From NCBI GenBank assembly GCA_947371755.1, contig CANBQT010000009.1, positions 689-64,688 on the forward strand: a stretch of DNA of 64,000 bases. The letters run 5' to 3'. This stretch comes from Chitinophagaceae bacterium (lineage in GTDB: Bacteria; Bacteroidota; Bacteroidia; Chitinophagales; Chitinophagaceae). A model generated the notes under the pieces. It saw only the letters and a list, made by a program, of their open reading frames with translations, had not been told where the DNA came from and made no database searches. Shown one piece after another: positions 28,312-38,107 of this stretch; position 1 is the stretch's first letter; the number at the start of each line of letters is the position of its first letter. The translations under genes were made by a program, and so were the position numbers.

Positions 28312-29238
28312 TTAAATCCAAAGAAAAGGGTCTCCAGAAGCAATATGTGTAATGGGCAAACCGGGCAGTTTAGGGGTTAGCCATTGCACAAACAATTCCA
28401 TACCAGGCTCTTCGCTCACAGAATGACCCAAAATGATCAGGGCAATGTTGGAACCCATTTTCCTTGCATCCCTCACATATTCGGCAGTTTCCCACTCCAC
28501 TAATTCCCCAATCACTAAAACATCGGGCTTGTTTTTTTCAATGGCATTGATATGTGCTTGCTCTCCCCAAGCACCTGGCAAAAGGGAAATGTTACTGCAA
28601 GTTTGTTTCAAATCCCCAATTGCTCTTAAGTGTTGAATAGATAGATTTTTCTTAAAACTCTGTATCAGTTTTTCCAAACTAATAGCTGGTATTTTAATAA
28701 GCGGTTCTCCTTTTTTTTGATACGATTCCCAGCCCATTTTTTTCTTCACACCCTGACTGATCATATCGGGCTGCATAAAATGACTATAATCGTGAAAACG
28801 CCAGACTGTAATGCCATGCTCTTTCAATAATGCCTGTTTTTTCTGGATCATTGCATTTGTTTCCTGTTTAGCCAGATTATCAACCGCGCTATAGAAAGTA
28901 GGTTCGTGTGCGATAATAAGATTTGCCTTCAACTTCACAGCTTCTTCAATGATGGCAACCGTAGGGAACATGGTACTGATGATTCCTGTAACAATTTGAT
29001 CAGCTGAGCCAGCTTTAATATTATCAACTGTATCTTTAAAAGGAGATAGTTTTGCCTCTTTGATAATAAGATCAATGATATTTTGTACTGTATAAGTTTC
29101 GAATTTATTTGAAATTTTTTGGGCGATAGAGATTGCCGGAATGTTCAGCAATGCAGCTCCTCCTAATAACAAACCAGTCTTTTGTATAAAGCTTCTTCTA
29201 TTTGATGTATCAGATTCAGTTAATTCGTTTGGTAACAT
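28312..29238 (-). CDS. Nif3-like dinuclear metal centre protein with Tat signal
   Basis: NRRSFIQK Tat motif, IIAHEPTFY, WRFHDYSH, GELVEWE, GHSVSEEPGM. Confidence 0.88.
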   Translation of the reverse strand: MLPNELTESDTSNRRSFIQKTGLLLGGAALLNIPAISIAQKISNKFETYTVQNIIDLIIKEAKLSPFKDTVDNIKAGSADQIVTGIISTMFPTVAIIEEAVKLKANLIIAHEPTFYSAVDNLAKQETNAMIQKKQALLKEHGITVWRFHDYSHFMQPDMISQGVKKKMGWESYQKKGEPLIKIPAISLEKLIQSFKKNLSIQHLRAIGDLKQTCSNISLLPGAWGEQAHINAIEKNKPDVLVIGELVEWETAEYVRDARKMGSNIALIILGHSVSEEPGMELFVQWLTPKLPGLPITHIASGDPFLWI

Positions 29239-29270
29239 TGTTTAAATTTTAATTGATAAAAAATCCTTTC

Positions 29271-30413
29271 CTATTTTAAAATAAAGCTATCGTACAAACT
29301 ATTGATGGTGTTTTTTATTAGCCCATTAAATCCATCTTCGTATTTAGGGCCACAACCATTGGTTATCACAACAAAACCGAATTTTTCTTTCGAATTAAAA
29401 AACATACCGCTGTACAATCCATAAGCAGAACCAGTATGTCCTTTCATCGTTTTGCCCTTAATCAAATTCTCCTGTGTTTCAATGGCCATGCCATACCCAT
29501 CTTCCTCCGAAACCTTTGTCTGCATTTCTTTTGCGCTTTTCTTAGACATGATCTTTGCATATTTGTATCTTCCAAATTTGCTATGCATGATCATATATTT
29601 TGCTAAGTCAGTAGCAGATATCTTCATACCCCCGGTTGGTGAAAAAATGGGTGTTGATTTTCCCATTTGATAATGTGCAATTTCCTCTCTTCGCGGAGCA
29701 TAGGCATTCGGTGATGAAATAAATTTTGAGGAATCTGTATTGTACTCGTAAATAGTAGCAAACCTATTTTTATCGAGTGAATCCACACAGTATCCTCCAT
29801 ACAAATGCAAAGGATCCAGAATATGGTGTTTTACATAAAGATCGAAACGTTCTCCAGACAATTTCTCAATAATAGCGCCCGTCATATTATAATTCAAATT
29901 ACAATACATATAACCCTTTCCAGGTTCATAACTATTATAGCATTTAGCCCAGTTTGGATTGGTGGCTGGATTAATACTGTCTAAAGAGAAATAACCCTGA
30001 CTATCGTTGATTGATGAACGATGCTGCAGTATGGTTCTAAGTGTGATGACTGTTTCAGGAAACTTTGGATTACGAACCGTGAAGCCAATTAAATTGCTCA
30101 CATCATCATCCAATGAAACCTTACCCGCTCCTACGAGTTGCATGATGGAAGTGGCAGAAAATGATTTGGATATGGAGGCAATTCTAAAAATGCAATCATC
30201 TGTAAGTGGTTGCTTGGTTTCCAGGTCTTTATAACCAAATGAATGCGTATAAATGATCTTATTGTTCTTTACTACTGCTACTGAAATGCCAACCACATTA
30301 GTTTGCTGCATAATTGCCTGAATGCTGGCTTCTGCTTTTTCTGTTTGAGCAAAGACATTTACTTTAATAAGTATCAATAAAATTAAAACTGGGATTAATG
30401 CTTTCCTTTTCAT
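29271..30413 (-). CDS. Serine hydrolase (beta-lactamase class C-like)
   Basis: FRIASISKS (SxxK), YCN, GGMKIS, GHTG. Start MKRKAL at 30413 gives a signal peptide. Confidence 0.88.
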   Translation of the reverse strand: MKRKALIPVLILLILIKVNVFAQTEKAEASIQAIMQQTNVVGISVAVVKNNKIIYTHSFGYKDLETKQPLTDDCIFRIASISKSFSATSIMQLVGAGKVSLDDDVSNLIGFTVRNPKFPETVITLRTILQHRSSINDSQGYFSLDSINPATNPNWAKCYNSYEPGKGYMYCNLNYNMTGAIIEKLSGERFDLYVKHHILDPLHLYGGYCVDSLDKNRFATIYEYNTDSSKFISSPNAYAPRREEIAHYQMGKSTPIFSPTGGMKISATDLAKYMIMHSKFGRYKYAKIMSKKSAKEMQTKVSEEDGYGMAIETQENLIKGKTMKGHTGSAYGLYSGMFFNSKEKFGFVVITNGCGPKYEDGFNGLIKNTINSLYDSFILK

Positions 30414-30491
30414 GGTAATAAATTTATGAATTAACTTTATTGCCTGTCTATCTAATATTTCTTTTAACCGATTTGCCATTAACTAATTCAA

Positions 30492-32819
30492 ATGAAAAAA
30501 ATTGCCTGCCTATTATTGGCTATTCCATTTCTTGCAAACGCACAAGTAAAATGGGTGGAAAATGATCTGACCGATGGTGTCAAAAAAATAAAAATCAATA
30601 ACCAGATTACACTCGGATATAGCACAAATTCAGGTGTTAAGATTATTACTAAAGACGGTCTTCCCTTTAAAGATCTAAATAAAAATGGAGTAGTTGATGT
30701 GTATGAAGACTGGCGTTTACCAGTTATTGAACGTGCAAAAGATCTGGCATCAAAAATGACGGTAGATGAAATTGCAGGGTTGATGTTATATAGTGGTCAC
30801 CAGGCAATACCAGCAGCCGCTGGTGGTTTTTCCAGAGGAACTTATGGTGGAAAAACATTCTTAGAAAGCGGTGCGAAATCTTATGACCTATCCGATCAAC
30901 AAATTGCATTTCTAACGAAAGATAATTTGAGACATGTATTAATTACAACTGTTGAAAGCCCCACTACTGCAGCTCTTTGGAATAATAAAGCACAAGCATT
31001 GGTAGAAGGATTAGGTAAGGGCATTCCTACTAATAATAGCACAGATCCAAGAAATGGTGCAAATAAAGATGCTGAATATAATGCAGGTTCTGGAGGTGCC
31101 ATTTCACAATGGCCAGAAGAACTGGGTTTGGCAGCAACATTTGATCCAGCTGTTACCAAACAATTTGGATCTATCGCATCCAAAGAATATAGGGCACTGG
31201 GATTAACCACTGCCCTTTCACCTCAAATTGATCTTGCCACCGAGCCACGCTGGAATCGATTTGTAGGAACTTTTGGAGAAGACCCAAAATTAGCTACTGA
31301 TATGGCTCGCGCTTATGTAGATGGTTTCCAAACCTCCCCTATTTCTATCGATGCTTATCAGGGCTGGGGTAATAAAAGTGTCAACGCTATGGTAAAGCAT
31401 TGGCCAAGTGGCGGACCAGAAGAAGGGGGACGTGATGCGCATTTTGCTTACGGAAAATTTGCAGTGTATCCCGGCAACAATCTGGAAACACAAATGAAAA
31501 CATTTACAGAAGGTGCTTTTAAATTGGAAGGAAAAACAAAAAAAGCAGCGGCTGTGATGCCTTACTATACTATTTCTTTTAACCAGGATAAAAAGAATGG
31601 AGAGAATGTTGGTAATGGTTTTAGTAAATATATTATTACAGATCTGTTAAGAAATAGATTCGGATATGATGGAGTGGTTTGTACAGATTGGTTGATTACT
31701 GCCAATGAAGGTGCAAAACCTAGTGTGTTTGCAGGAAAGTCATGGGGTGTAGAAAAATTAACGATTGCTGAACGCCATTACAAAGTATTAATGGCAGGTG
31801 TGGATCAATTTGGTGGCAACAACGATGCTAAACCTGTTATAGAAGCATACCAGATGGGTGTGAAAGAACATGGAGAGGCTTTTATGCGTAAACGTTTTGA
31901 ATTATCAGCCGTTCGTTTATTGTTAAACGTGTTTAGAGTGGGGCTATTTGAAAATCCTTATTTAGATCCTGCTGAAACAAAATCAATTGTAGGGAATCCG
32001 GATTTTATGAAAGCAGGATATAATGCGCAATTAAAATCTATTGTGTTGATCAAAAATCAAAATAAAACATTACCTATTCAAAAAGGCAAAACAGTGTATG
32101 TTCCAAAAAGAACTACACCTGCAAGTATTAATTTCTTTGGCCAACCTTCACCTGAAAAAACAGAATATCCAGTGAACCTAAACTTGCTGAAGAAATATTA
32201 TACTGTTACTGATGATCCAACAAAGGCTGACTTTGCTATTGTATTTATCAAAAGCCCAATCAGTGGCGGTTATAGCGATGCAGATCGAGCTTCAGGTGGG
32301 AATGGATACTTACCTATCAGCTTACAATTAAAAGATTATACGGCAACAGAATCAAGAGCAAAAAGTATTGCTGCCGGAGATCCTGTGGTTGACCCAACTA
32401 TTACTGATAGATCTTATTTACATAAAAGCAATAAATCAAATAGCTATCCAGATTTAAATACCATTCTTGAAACCAAAAAATCAATGCAGGGCAAACCTGT
32501 GATTGTTTCTGTAAGTATCACAAACCCAATGGTATTTGGAGAATTTGAAAAAGAAGCGGATGCAATTGTTGGAGAATTTGGAGTACAGGTGGAAGCACTA
32601 ATGGATGTGGTGTCTGGTAAAGTGGAACCTTCTGGCTTATTACCAATGCAAATGCCACTCAATATGTCAACTGTTGAAAAACAATTGGAAGATGTACCAC
32701 ATGATATGATCCCTTATAAGGATGCAAATGGACATGTATATGATTTTGGATATGGATTAAATTGGAAGGGCATCATTAAAGATGCAAGAACTGAAAAATA
32801 TAAAGTTTCGAAAAAGTAA
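30492..32819 (+). CDS. GH3 glycoside hydrolase (secreted)
   Basis: DLNKNG..DVYEDWRLP, LSPQIDLATEPRW.R..GTFGEDP, VKHWP, VCTDW, FENPY, YDFGYGL. Confidence 0.93.
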   Translation: MKKIACLLLAIPFLANAQVKWVENDLTDGVKKIKINNQITLGYSTNSGVKIITKDGLPFKDLNKNGVVDVYEDWRLPVIERAKDLASKMTVDEIAGLMLYSGHQAIPAAAGGFSRGTYGGKTFLESGAKSYDLSDQQIAFLTKDNLRHVLITTVESPTTAALWNNKAQALVEGLGKGIPTNNSTDPRNGANKDAEYNAGSGGAISQWPEELGLAATFDPAVTKQFGSIASKEYRALGLTTALSPQIDLATEPRWNRFVGTFGEDPKLATDMARAYVDGFQTSPISIDAYQGWGNKSVNAMVKHWPSGGPEEGGRDAHFAYGKFAVYPGNNLETQMKTFTEGAFKLEGKTKKAAAVMPYYTISFNQDKKNGENVGNGFSKYIITDLLRNRFGYDGVVCTDWLITANEGAKPSVFAGKSWGVEKLTIAERHYKVLMAGVDQFGGNNDAKPVIEAYQMGVKEHGEAFMRKRFELSAVRLLLNVFRVGLFENPYLDPAETKSIVGNPDFMKAGYNAQLKSIVLIKNQNKTLPIQKGKTVYVPKRTTPASINFFGQPSPEKTEYPVNLNLLKKYYTVTDDPTKADFAIVFIKSPISGGYSDADRASGGNGYLPISLQLKDYTATESRAKSIAAGDPVVDPTITDRSYLHKSNKSNSYPDLNTILETKKSMQGKPVIVSVSITNPMVFGEFEKEADAIVGEFGVQVEALMDVVSGKVEPSGLLPMQMPLNMSTVEKQLEDVPHDMIPYKDANGHVYDFGYGLNWKGIIKDARTEKYKVSKK

Positions 32820-32844
32820 AGATCTATAAGATATCTATAATTTT

Positions 32845-32873
32845 AAAGGGAGGTCGTTTGATCTCCCTTTTTT
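32845..32873 (+). terminator. Intrinsic terminator
   Basis: aaagggaggtc-gttt-gatctcccttt followed by ttt. Confidence 0.75.
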
Positions 32874-32947
32874 ATGGTCAAAAAAAAATTAACAAAAACT
32901 ACTAAAACAAAATAAGAACTTTATTAATTCTTGTTTAAAATAACAAT

Positions 32948-33640
32948 ATGGAAAAAAAAATATTTAAAGCTTTATTTGTAGTAGGAATAATTATTCTGGG
33001 TTTAAAGCAAACATCAATTGCACAGGATAAAATCAACAACTGGACTCCCGAAGAACAGAAAGAATTGTTTGGCTACTGCGAAAAAAGAGTGCTGATCAGT
33101 GAATTGAATATTCCGGAAGAGAAGGCAGACAAAATTGGACAATTTAATTACTGGGCAACGCTTCAGAAAATAAAAGTGCAGGAAAATACCAACGATACTT
33201 TTGCAACTGCCAATGAAGTTGAAGCTGAATTGTATAAAAAATATAAAGCCTTATCGCTTTCAAATGATCAATTAAAAACTTTGATCGACAGGAGAAAGGC
33301 CAATACCAATGCTGAAACCTGCCCCTTAGTAACACTCAGTTTCAATCCCATTTATGATACTGCACAAAAAGCTCAATTAATTGTAAGTTTTAAAGCCAAA
33401 TACAGAAAAGATCTAATTACTAAAGTTGGTGTAAATGGCAGGCAAGCCGATCAGCTGATTGATGCAGAAGTATGGAAACAAAAAGAAGCTTGTACGATTT
33501 CAAAAATCCCTTCAAATGATTTTAATAGAATTAGAAAAACAGTGGAAATGTACAATATGATGGAAAGGAAATATAAATTAGTTGATATGACCGACCAACA
33601 AAAATCCGCAGCTATAGAATATTTAAAACAGGTTCAATAA
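32948..33640 (+). CDS. Hypothetical secreted alpha-helical protein with internal two-fold repeat
   Basis: Signal peptide; two similar segments LI..(L/V).....AD......W...and KYK....S/T.(D)Q. Confidence 0.65.
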   Translation: MEKKIFKALFVVGIIILGLKQTSIAQDKINNWTPEEQKELFGYCEKRVLISELNIPEEKADKIGQFNYWATLQKIKVQENTNDTFATANEVEAELYKKYKALSLSNDQLKTLIDRRKANTNAETCPLVTLSFNPIYDTAQKAQLIVSFKAKYRKDLITKVGVNGRQADQLIDAEVWKQKEACTISKIPSNDFNRIRKTVEMYNMMERKYKLVDMTDQQKSAAIEYLKQVQ

Positions 33641-33645
33641 ACTCA

Positions 33646-34890
33646 ATGGTTATGTTATATCGAATTTCCACATTCATTTTAAGTTTAGTTTTCTCCATCC
33701 AATGCTTATTTGCCCAAAATTTTCATTCGGTAGATAGCATCATAGAGAAACAAATTCAGCAGCAAAAAATATCCGGTGCCGTAGCAATGGTGATCTATCA
33801 AAATAAAGTGGTATTGGATAAGGCTTATGGCTTTGCAGATAAGGCAAACCATACTCCAATGTCTACAGAGTCTATTTTTAGAATTGCATCCCAAACAAAA
33901 GCCATAGTTTCAGTCGCTTTTTTACAATTGGTTGACCAAGGTAAAATCGGATTGGATGATCCTATTGAAAAATATATCCCTTCTTTTAAAATTCAGCAAG
34001 TTGCAATAGTTGAAAAAGATTCGATCAGATTAGTGAACAAAAATAGGTCAGTAACTATTCGTGATTTATTAAGTCATCAATCTGGTATTTCATCTTCTGA
34101 TGAATACCCTAAGCTAAAAAAATTGTTTGCGCAGTATCAGTTAGACAAACCTCTAACAATTGCTTTTAATTCTTTAGAGGAAGAAGTTGAGCAAATCGCT
34201 AAAATGCCATTGGCACACCAACCAGGTGAGAGATTTAGCTATGGTTTAAGTACCAATGTAATCGGCAGGCTTATTGAGATAGTATCCGGAAAATCATTAG
34301 ATACTTATTTATTGGAAAATATATTTAAGCCACTTCAAATGAAGGACTCCTATTTTTATTTACCCAAGGAGAAACAAAATCGACTTGTTAAAGTATATAG
34401 GAATGTTAAGCCTGATAGTTTATCAGAAATAACCCCAGACATCTATCCTATTAATTACCCAAATGCAGCAAACAGAAAATATTATTCTGCTATAGGTGGT
34501 TTGGTTTCAACCACTCATGATTATTCCAAATTTTTAATTTGTTTATTGAATAATGGTGTTTATGCAAATATCAAGCACCTCATCAGCAAACAAATTTTTG
34601 ATCAATTCATCAGTAACCAATTAGGTAACAAGACTTTCATCTTTGGAGGCATGAAATCATTAAACAATTTTGGATTAGGTGTTGGATTAACTACAAAGCA
34701 GGGCACCATATTAAATAATGCATCTGAAGGTAGTTTTTTCTGGGGTGGTGCTTTTAATACTGCATATATGGTTGATCTAAAAAGAAAGCTGATCACATTA
34801 TTTTATTTCCAACGAGCTCCATTTGATTTACCTCCGGTTTTATCTGGCTTAGAAAAACAAACGATCAAAGAAATCGATCAATTAAAATGA
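33646..34890 (+). CDS. Serine hydrolase (beta-lactamase family)
   Basis: FRIASQTKA (SxxK), HQPGERFSYG, GGLVST..DY, FFWGGAFNT. Confidence 0.9.
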   Translation: MVMLYRISTFILSLVFSIQCLFAQNFHSVDSIIEKQIQQQKISGAVAMVIYQNKVVLDKAYGFADKANHTPMSTESIFRIASQTKAIVSVAFLQLVDQGKIGLDDPIEKYIPSFKIQQVAIVEKDSIRLVNKNRSVTIRDLLSHQSGISSSDEYPKLKKLFAQYQLDKPLTIAFNSLEEEVEQIAKMPLAHQPGERFSYGLSTNVIGRLIEIVSGKSLDTYLLENIFKPLQMKDSYFYLPKEKQNRLVKVYRNVKPDSLSEITPDIYPINYPNAANRKYYSAIGGLVSTTHDYSKFLICLLNNGVYANIKHLISKQIFDQFISNQLGNKTFIFGGMKSLNNFGLGVGLTTKQGTILNNASEGSFFWGGAFNTAYMVDLKRKLITLFYFQRAPFDLPPVLSGLEKQTIKEIDQLK

Positions 34891-34944
34891 AATTGGTAAA
34901 TGAATTTACCTCGTTTAACTTTAGGTAGAATTTAAAATCCTTAT

Positions 34945-35640
34945 ATGAAAAATTTCATACTCAGCATTTGCTTCTTTTTAGTAGGATTCATTAGTAACGC
35001 TCAATCTGTATATGATAATGTGAATCTTAGAATGATGCTTTATCCTAAATTTCAAGTGAGTGAAGTTTACTTAAAAAATGGAACTATTGTTGAGGTGGGG
35101 TTAAACTATAATCTGGAAAAACATCAATTAATATTCATTGAAGACAAACAGTATAAAGAATTAGCTGGACTAGAAACCATCGACAGTGTGCTGGTACTAG
35201 GAAAAAGCTTCGACTCAGAAGCTAATAAAGAAGTTATAACAACTATTAAATTTATTCCCTTCAACGATAAGATCTATCAAAGTACTAAATATGCGGGATT
35301 GTATATTCTATATGACTACAGCGTAACGCCTACAGATTATACAGCAGATCATACAGGCGCACATAAAGATGAAACTTCACAAACCAGCAACACCATTACA
35401 GGTGCGAATTCTATGAAGGTTTATAAGAACAATAATAATGTAAATATGATTCCGCTATATTGTTATAAGGATAAAAACACAATCATAGAAATCAGGCAGC
35501 ATAAACAATTGGCCAACGTATTTAAAATAGATAGAACCCTTTTAGCAGGTTATATTGGTCAAACTCATGTGAATGAGTACCAGGAAGCAGATGTAATAAG
35601 ATTATTAGACTGGCTTAAAACAAAGAATCAAAACAAATAA
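34945..35640 (+). CDS. Hypothetical secreted protein
   Basis: Signal peptide MKNFILSICFFLVGFISNAQ; LNYNL motif; no family recognised. Confidence 0.65.
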   Translation: MKNFILSICFFLVGFISNAQSVYDNVNLRMMLYPKFQVSEVYLKNGTIVEVGLNYNLEKHQLIFIEDKQYKELAGLETIDSVLVLGKSFDSEANKEVITTIKFIPFNDKIYQSTKYAGLYILYDYSVTPTDYTADHTGAHKDETSQTSNTITGANSMKVYKNNNNVNMIPLYCYKDKNTIIEIRQHKQLANVFKIDRTLLAGYIGQTHVNEYQEADVIRLLDWLKTKNQNK

Positions 35641-36198
35641 TTATTTAGGATTCCAATCCCATAAAACAATATCCCAACCTATTCCATCGAAAGACAATTC
35701 ATCAATTACCTGAAAGCCCGTTTTTTTATGGGCTTTCAATGAACGCTCGTTTGCTTTAGCCACGTCTGTGATCAAATATTCATAATCACTTGCATATTGG
35801 TCTTTATAGAATTGATAAAGTTGGTCAACTAATCCTATCCCCCGAAAACCTTTACCAACGCATAATTGACCCACCACTACATAATTCGAAGCACTAAGAT
35901 TATTTGAATCAAATTGTAACCTATCGATTGTATTGAAAAGGTCTGCCAATAATGGGTGCTCGTCTCTGATAGCTTTTAGTGCAACAAGAGAATAACCCAC
36001 CACTTTCCCTTCAGAAACTGCAATTACCGAAGGAGCTGCATCGTGCATTTTTTTGAGGAAATCATAACTGTATTCTGCCATCAAAAATCCCTGTTCATTA
36101 GCCTCTATTTCTGTTAAGTTCTTACGTAAGTTTTCCTCTTGAAGCCTTTGTATTCCAATCAGCTCTTCTGCTTCTGTCACCAACTTTATTGTTACCAT
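35641..36198 (-). CDS. GNAT family N-acetyltransferase
   Basis: GFLMAEY, VVGQLCVGKGFRGIGL, N.RS..AH...GF. Confidence 0.85.
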   Translation of the reverse strand: MVTIKLVTEAEELIGIQRLQEENLRKNLTEIEANEQGFLMAEYSYDFLKKMHDAAPSVIAVSEGKVVGYSLVALKAIRDEHPLLADLFNTIDRLQFDSNNLSASNYVVVGQLCVGKGFRGIGLVDQLYQFYKDQYASDYEYLITDVAKANERSLKAHKKTGFQVIDELSFDGIGWDIVLWDWNPK

Positions 36199-36302
36199 AA
36201 TAAATCCTTGAAAATCAAATATAACAAGTATTTATTCACCCTGTTTCGTTTAACTTTAGTAGTACTTTTTAACCTTTTTCTGAAACATTAAATTTATACT
36301 AC

Positions 36303-36467
36303 ATGAACACCGTAGGCTATTTCGAAATTCAGTCTTCTCATCCGGAAAGAGAAATTAATTTTTATCACAATGTATTTGATTGGAATTTTTCATTAGAACC
36401 ACAGGCTCCGAATGTGTATTATAGAATTGAAACACGAAATATGCATGGCGGTTTACCAAATAATTAG
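36303..36467 (+). pseudogene. Truncated VOC/glyoxalase gene (N-terminal half, 54 aa)
   Basis: Not in track: MNTVGYFEIQSSHPEREINFYHNVFDWNFSLEPQAPNVYYRIETRNMHGGLPNN*, a typical VOC start (FEI...P.....FY..VF.W). Confidence 0.7.
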
Positions 36468-36573
36468 TTTACTTAGTTTCTTATCTTCTGTTTTATTTTT
36501 AGCTTTCATTCAGCTAACTTGTAAGCCGTTCTATACTTACAGATATATTGTTGTACCCAAGCATTATCAGATT

Positions 36574-38094
36574 ATGCGTAGATTAACCCTGTTTTATTTA
36601 GTAGCCCTGATTTCTTACAACTCAATTGCACAAGAAATTAAAGTTGCCCCTACAACCCTTATTACTAATGTTCGGTTGATAGACGGAACCGGCACTCCCA
36701 GCAGAAATGCATCCGTTCGAATTTCGGGTAATAAAATTCTGGAAGTTGGCGATATAAAAGCAATAAATGGAGAAGAAATAATTAATGGTAAGGGCATGGT
36801 TCTTGCGCCTGGTTTTATTGACAGTCATAGTCATATTGGTGGTTCTCTAGCAAAGTATCCTGAAGCCCTGGCTGATTTGAATCAGGGTGTTACTACCATT
36901 GTTTCCGGACAAGATGGTTACGGATCATATGTAGATAGCATTAAAGCCGGTATCTCCAGAAAACCAATAGCGATCAATATTGCTACCTATACAGGCCATA
37001 CTGATCTTCGTGAAAAAGTTTTGGGCAGTAGTCAGATGAACAGACCCGCAACTGAAAATGAGATTGCTGCCATGCAGGCAATCTTATTGTCGGAATTAAA
37101 AAAAGGGTCATTGGGTTTGTCAACCGGACTAGAATATGAAGGTGCCTATTTTTCAAGCCGTCATGAAGTTTTGGAATTAGCAAAAACAGCCGCTTCCGAA
37201 AAATCGAGATATATCAGTCATATCCGTAGCGAAGACATCGCATTGGCAGATGCCTTGGATGAGATCATTAATATCGGTCGGGAAGCAAAACTACCCGTGC
37301 AAATTTCACATATCAAATTAGCACTGAAAGATGATTGGGGAAAATCTTCCCAAATATTAGCTCAATTACAAACAGCTCGCCTAAATGGAGTTGATATCAC
37401 TGCAGATTGTTATCCTTACGAATTTTGGCATAGTACATTAAGGGTTCTTTTTCCAAAAACCGATTATACCAATCCAGTAAGTGCGCAATATGCGGTTGAC
37501 CATACATTCGACCCCACTCAATCTATTTTAATTCGATTCGCACCCAATACTATTTATGCAGGAAAAACCATTTCGGAAATTGCAGCTATGAGAAAAGAAA
37601 AGCCTGCACAAACTTTAATGGGTTTAATTGCTGAAGCTGATGCATATGAAAAAGCTCACCCGGATGCTAATGGTGTAGAAGCCATCGTTGCAAAATCCAT
37701 GACCGACTCAGATGTCATTAATTTTCTGGCCTGGGCAAATACAAATATTTGTTCAGATGGATCAAACGGTGGACATCCAAGAGGCTATGGTTCATTTACC
37801 AGGGTATTGGGCAATTATGTTCGAGATAAAAAGATCATGAGGTTAGAATCTGCTATTCAAAAGATGACAAGCCTATCAGCAGAACATGTAGGAATTAAAA
37901 ATCGTGGCGTTATTGCCGCCGGCTATTATGCAGACCTGGTACTCTTTAATCCTACCACTATTAAAGACAATGCAACTTTTAAGGATTCAAAAGCATTATC
38001 AGATGGTATTGAAAAAGTATGGGTGAATGGGATCTGCGTGTATCACGATAAAAAATCAACTAACAAATTTCCGGGAACATTTATTGGAAGATAA
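36574..38094 (+). CDS. N-acyl-D-amino-acid deacylase (D-aminoacylase), signal peptide-bearing
   Basis: LAPGFIDSHSH, QGVTT, SHIRSE, QISHIK, CSDG, HPRGYGSF.RVLG, GYYADLVLF. Start MRRLTL at 36574. Confidence 0.9.
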   Translation: MRRLTLFYLVALISYNSIAQEIKVAPTTLITNVRLIDGTGTPSRNASVRISGNKILEVGDIKAINGEEIINGKGMVLAPGFIDSHSHIGGSLAKYPEALADLNQGVTTIVSGQDGYGSYVDSIKAGISRKPIAINIATYTGHTDLREKVLGSSQMNRPATENEIAAMQAILLSELKKGSLGLSTGLEYEGAYFSSRHEVLELAKTAASEKSRYISHIRSEDIALADALDEIINIGREAKLPVQISHIKLALKDDWGKSSQILAQLQTARLNGVDITADCYPYEFWHSTLRVLFPKTDYTNPVSAQYAVDHTFDPTQSILIRFAPNTIYAGKTISEIAAMRKEKPAQTLMGLIAEADAYEKAHPDANGVEAIVAKSMTDSDVINFLAWANTNICSDGSNGGHPRGYGSFTRVLGNYVRDKKIMRLESAIQKMTSLSAEHVGIKNRGVIAAGYYADLVLFNPTTIKDNATFKDSKALSDGIEKVWVNGICVYHDKKSTNKFPGTFIGR

Positions 38095-38107
38095 AAGACA
38101 GATAAAA

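Noticed and set aside
36412-36573. Extended N-terminus of the D-aminoacylase; likewise 38027-38107 for DUF1611
   Set aside because: Downstream ATGs give a proper signal peptide or avoid overlap; the extensions overlap other coding sequence
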